In this document: positions 26,625 through 26,648 of the stretch, piece after piece
How positions within the stretch are numbered: the first letter of the stretch is position 1
How the letters are laid out: each line of letters begins with the position of its first letter
From: a virus
Lineage: Duplodnaviria; Caudoviricetes
Strand: one strand, 5' to 3'
DNA: 26,648 nucleotides
IMG/VR virus record: IMGVR_UViG_3300037419_001205
Span: 1-26,648 of that record
The notes under the pieces: generated by a model
What the model saw: only the letters and a program-made list of their open reading frames with translations
Database searches by the model: none
Told to the model about the DNA's origin: nothing
Position numbers and translations under genes: made by a program

Positions 26625-26648
26625 GTTCCTATAGAATGAACCTTTTAT

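Larger units (their letters stand above)
1..26648. mobile_element. Internal segment of an SPbeta-like phage/prophage
   Basis: Gene order matches yopQ-R-S ... yorF-G-H-I-J-K-L; no host housekeeping genes; ends not in window. Confidence 0.88.

Overview
AT-rich segment of a large SPbeta-like temperate phage or prophage of a spore-forming Bacillota host, almost all on the minus strand. The left half (to ~15.1 kb) is the replication module syntenic with SPbeta yorF-yorL: SSB-like protein, AAA ATPase, Zn protein, DnaB-type helicase, primase, RecJ/DHH nuclease and DnaE. It also has a RecD2 helicase and an inserted Zn-ribbon endonuclease. The right half is a regulatory/accessory region: YyaC-like spore protease, two XRE switches with palindromic operators, a stand-alone tandem-PAS gene behind a LexA box, yopQ/yopR(MrpR)/yopS-like lysogeny genes, and a 9-repeat Zn-finger HNH gene with a structured leader. 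The highlight is an HTH-TPR (RRNPP-type) receptor followed by an unannotated 51-aa secreted pro-peptide ending ...TGVGDGW. It does not resemble canonical arbitrium AimR/AimP and is followed by four Spo0A-box matches. All calls are by eye from sequence, motifs and synteny; no searches were run.
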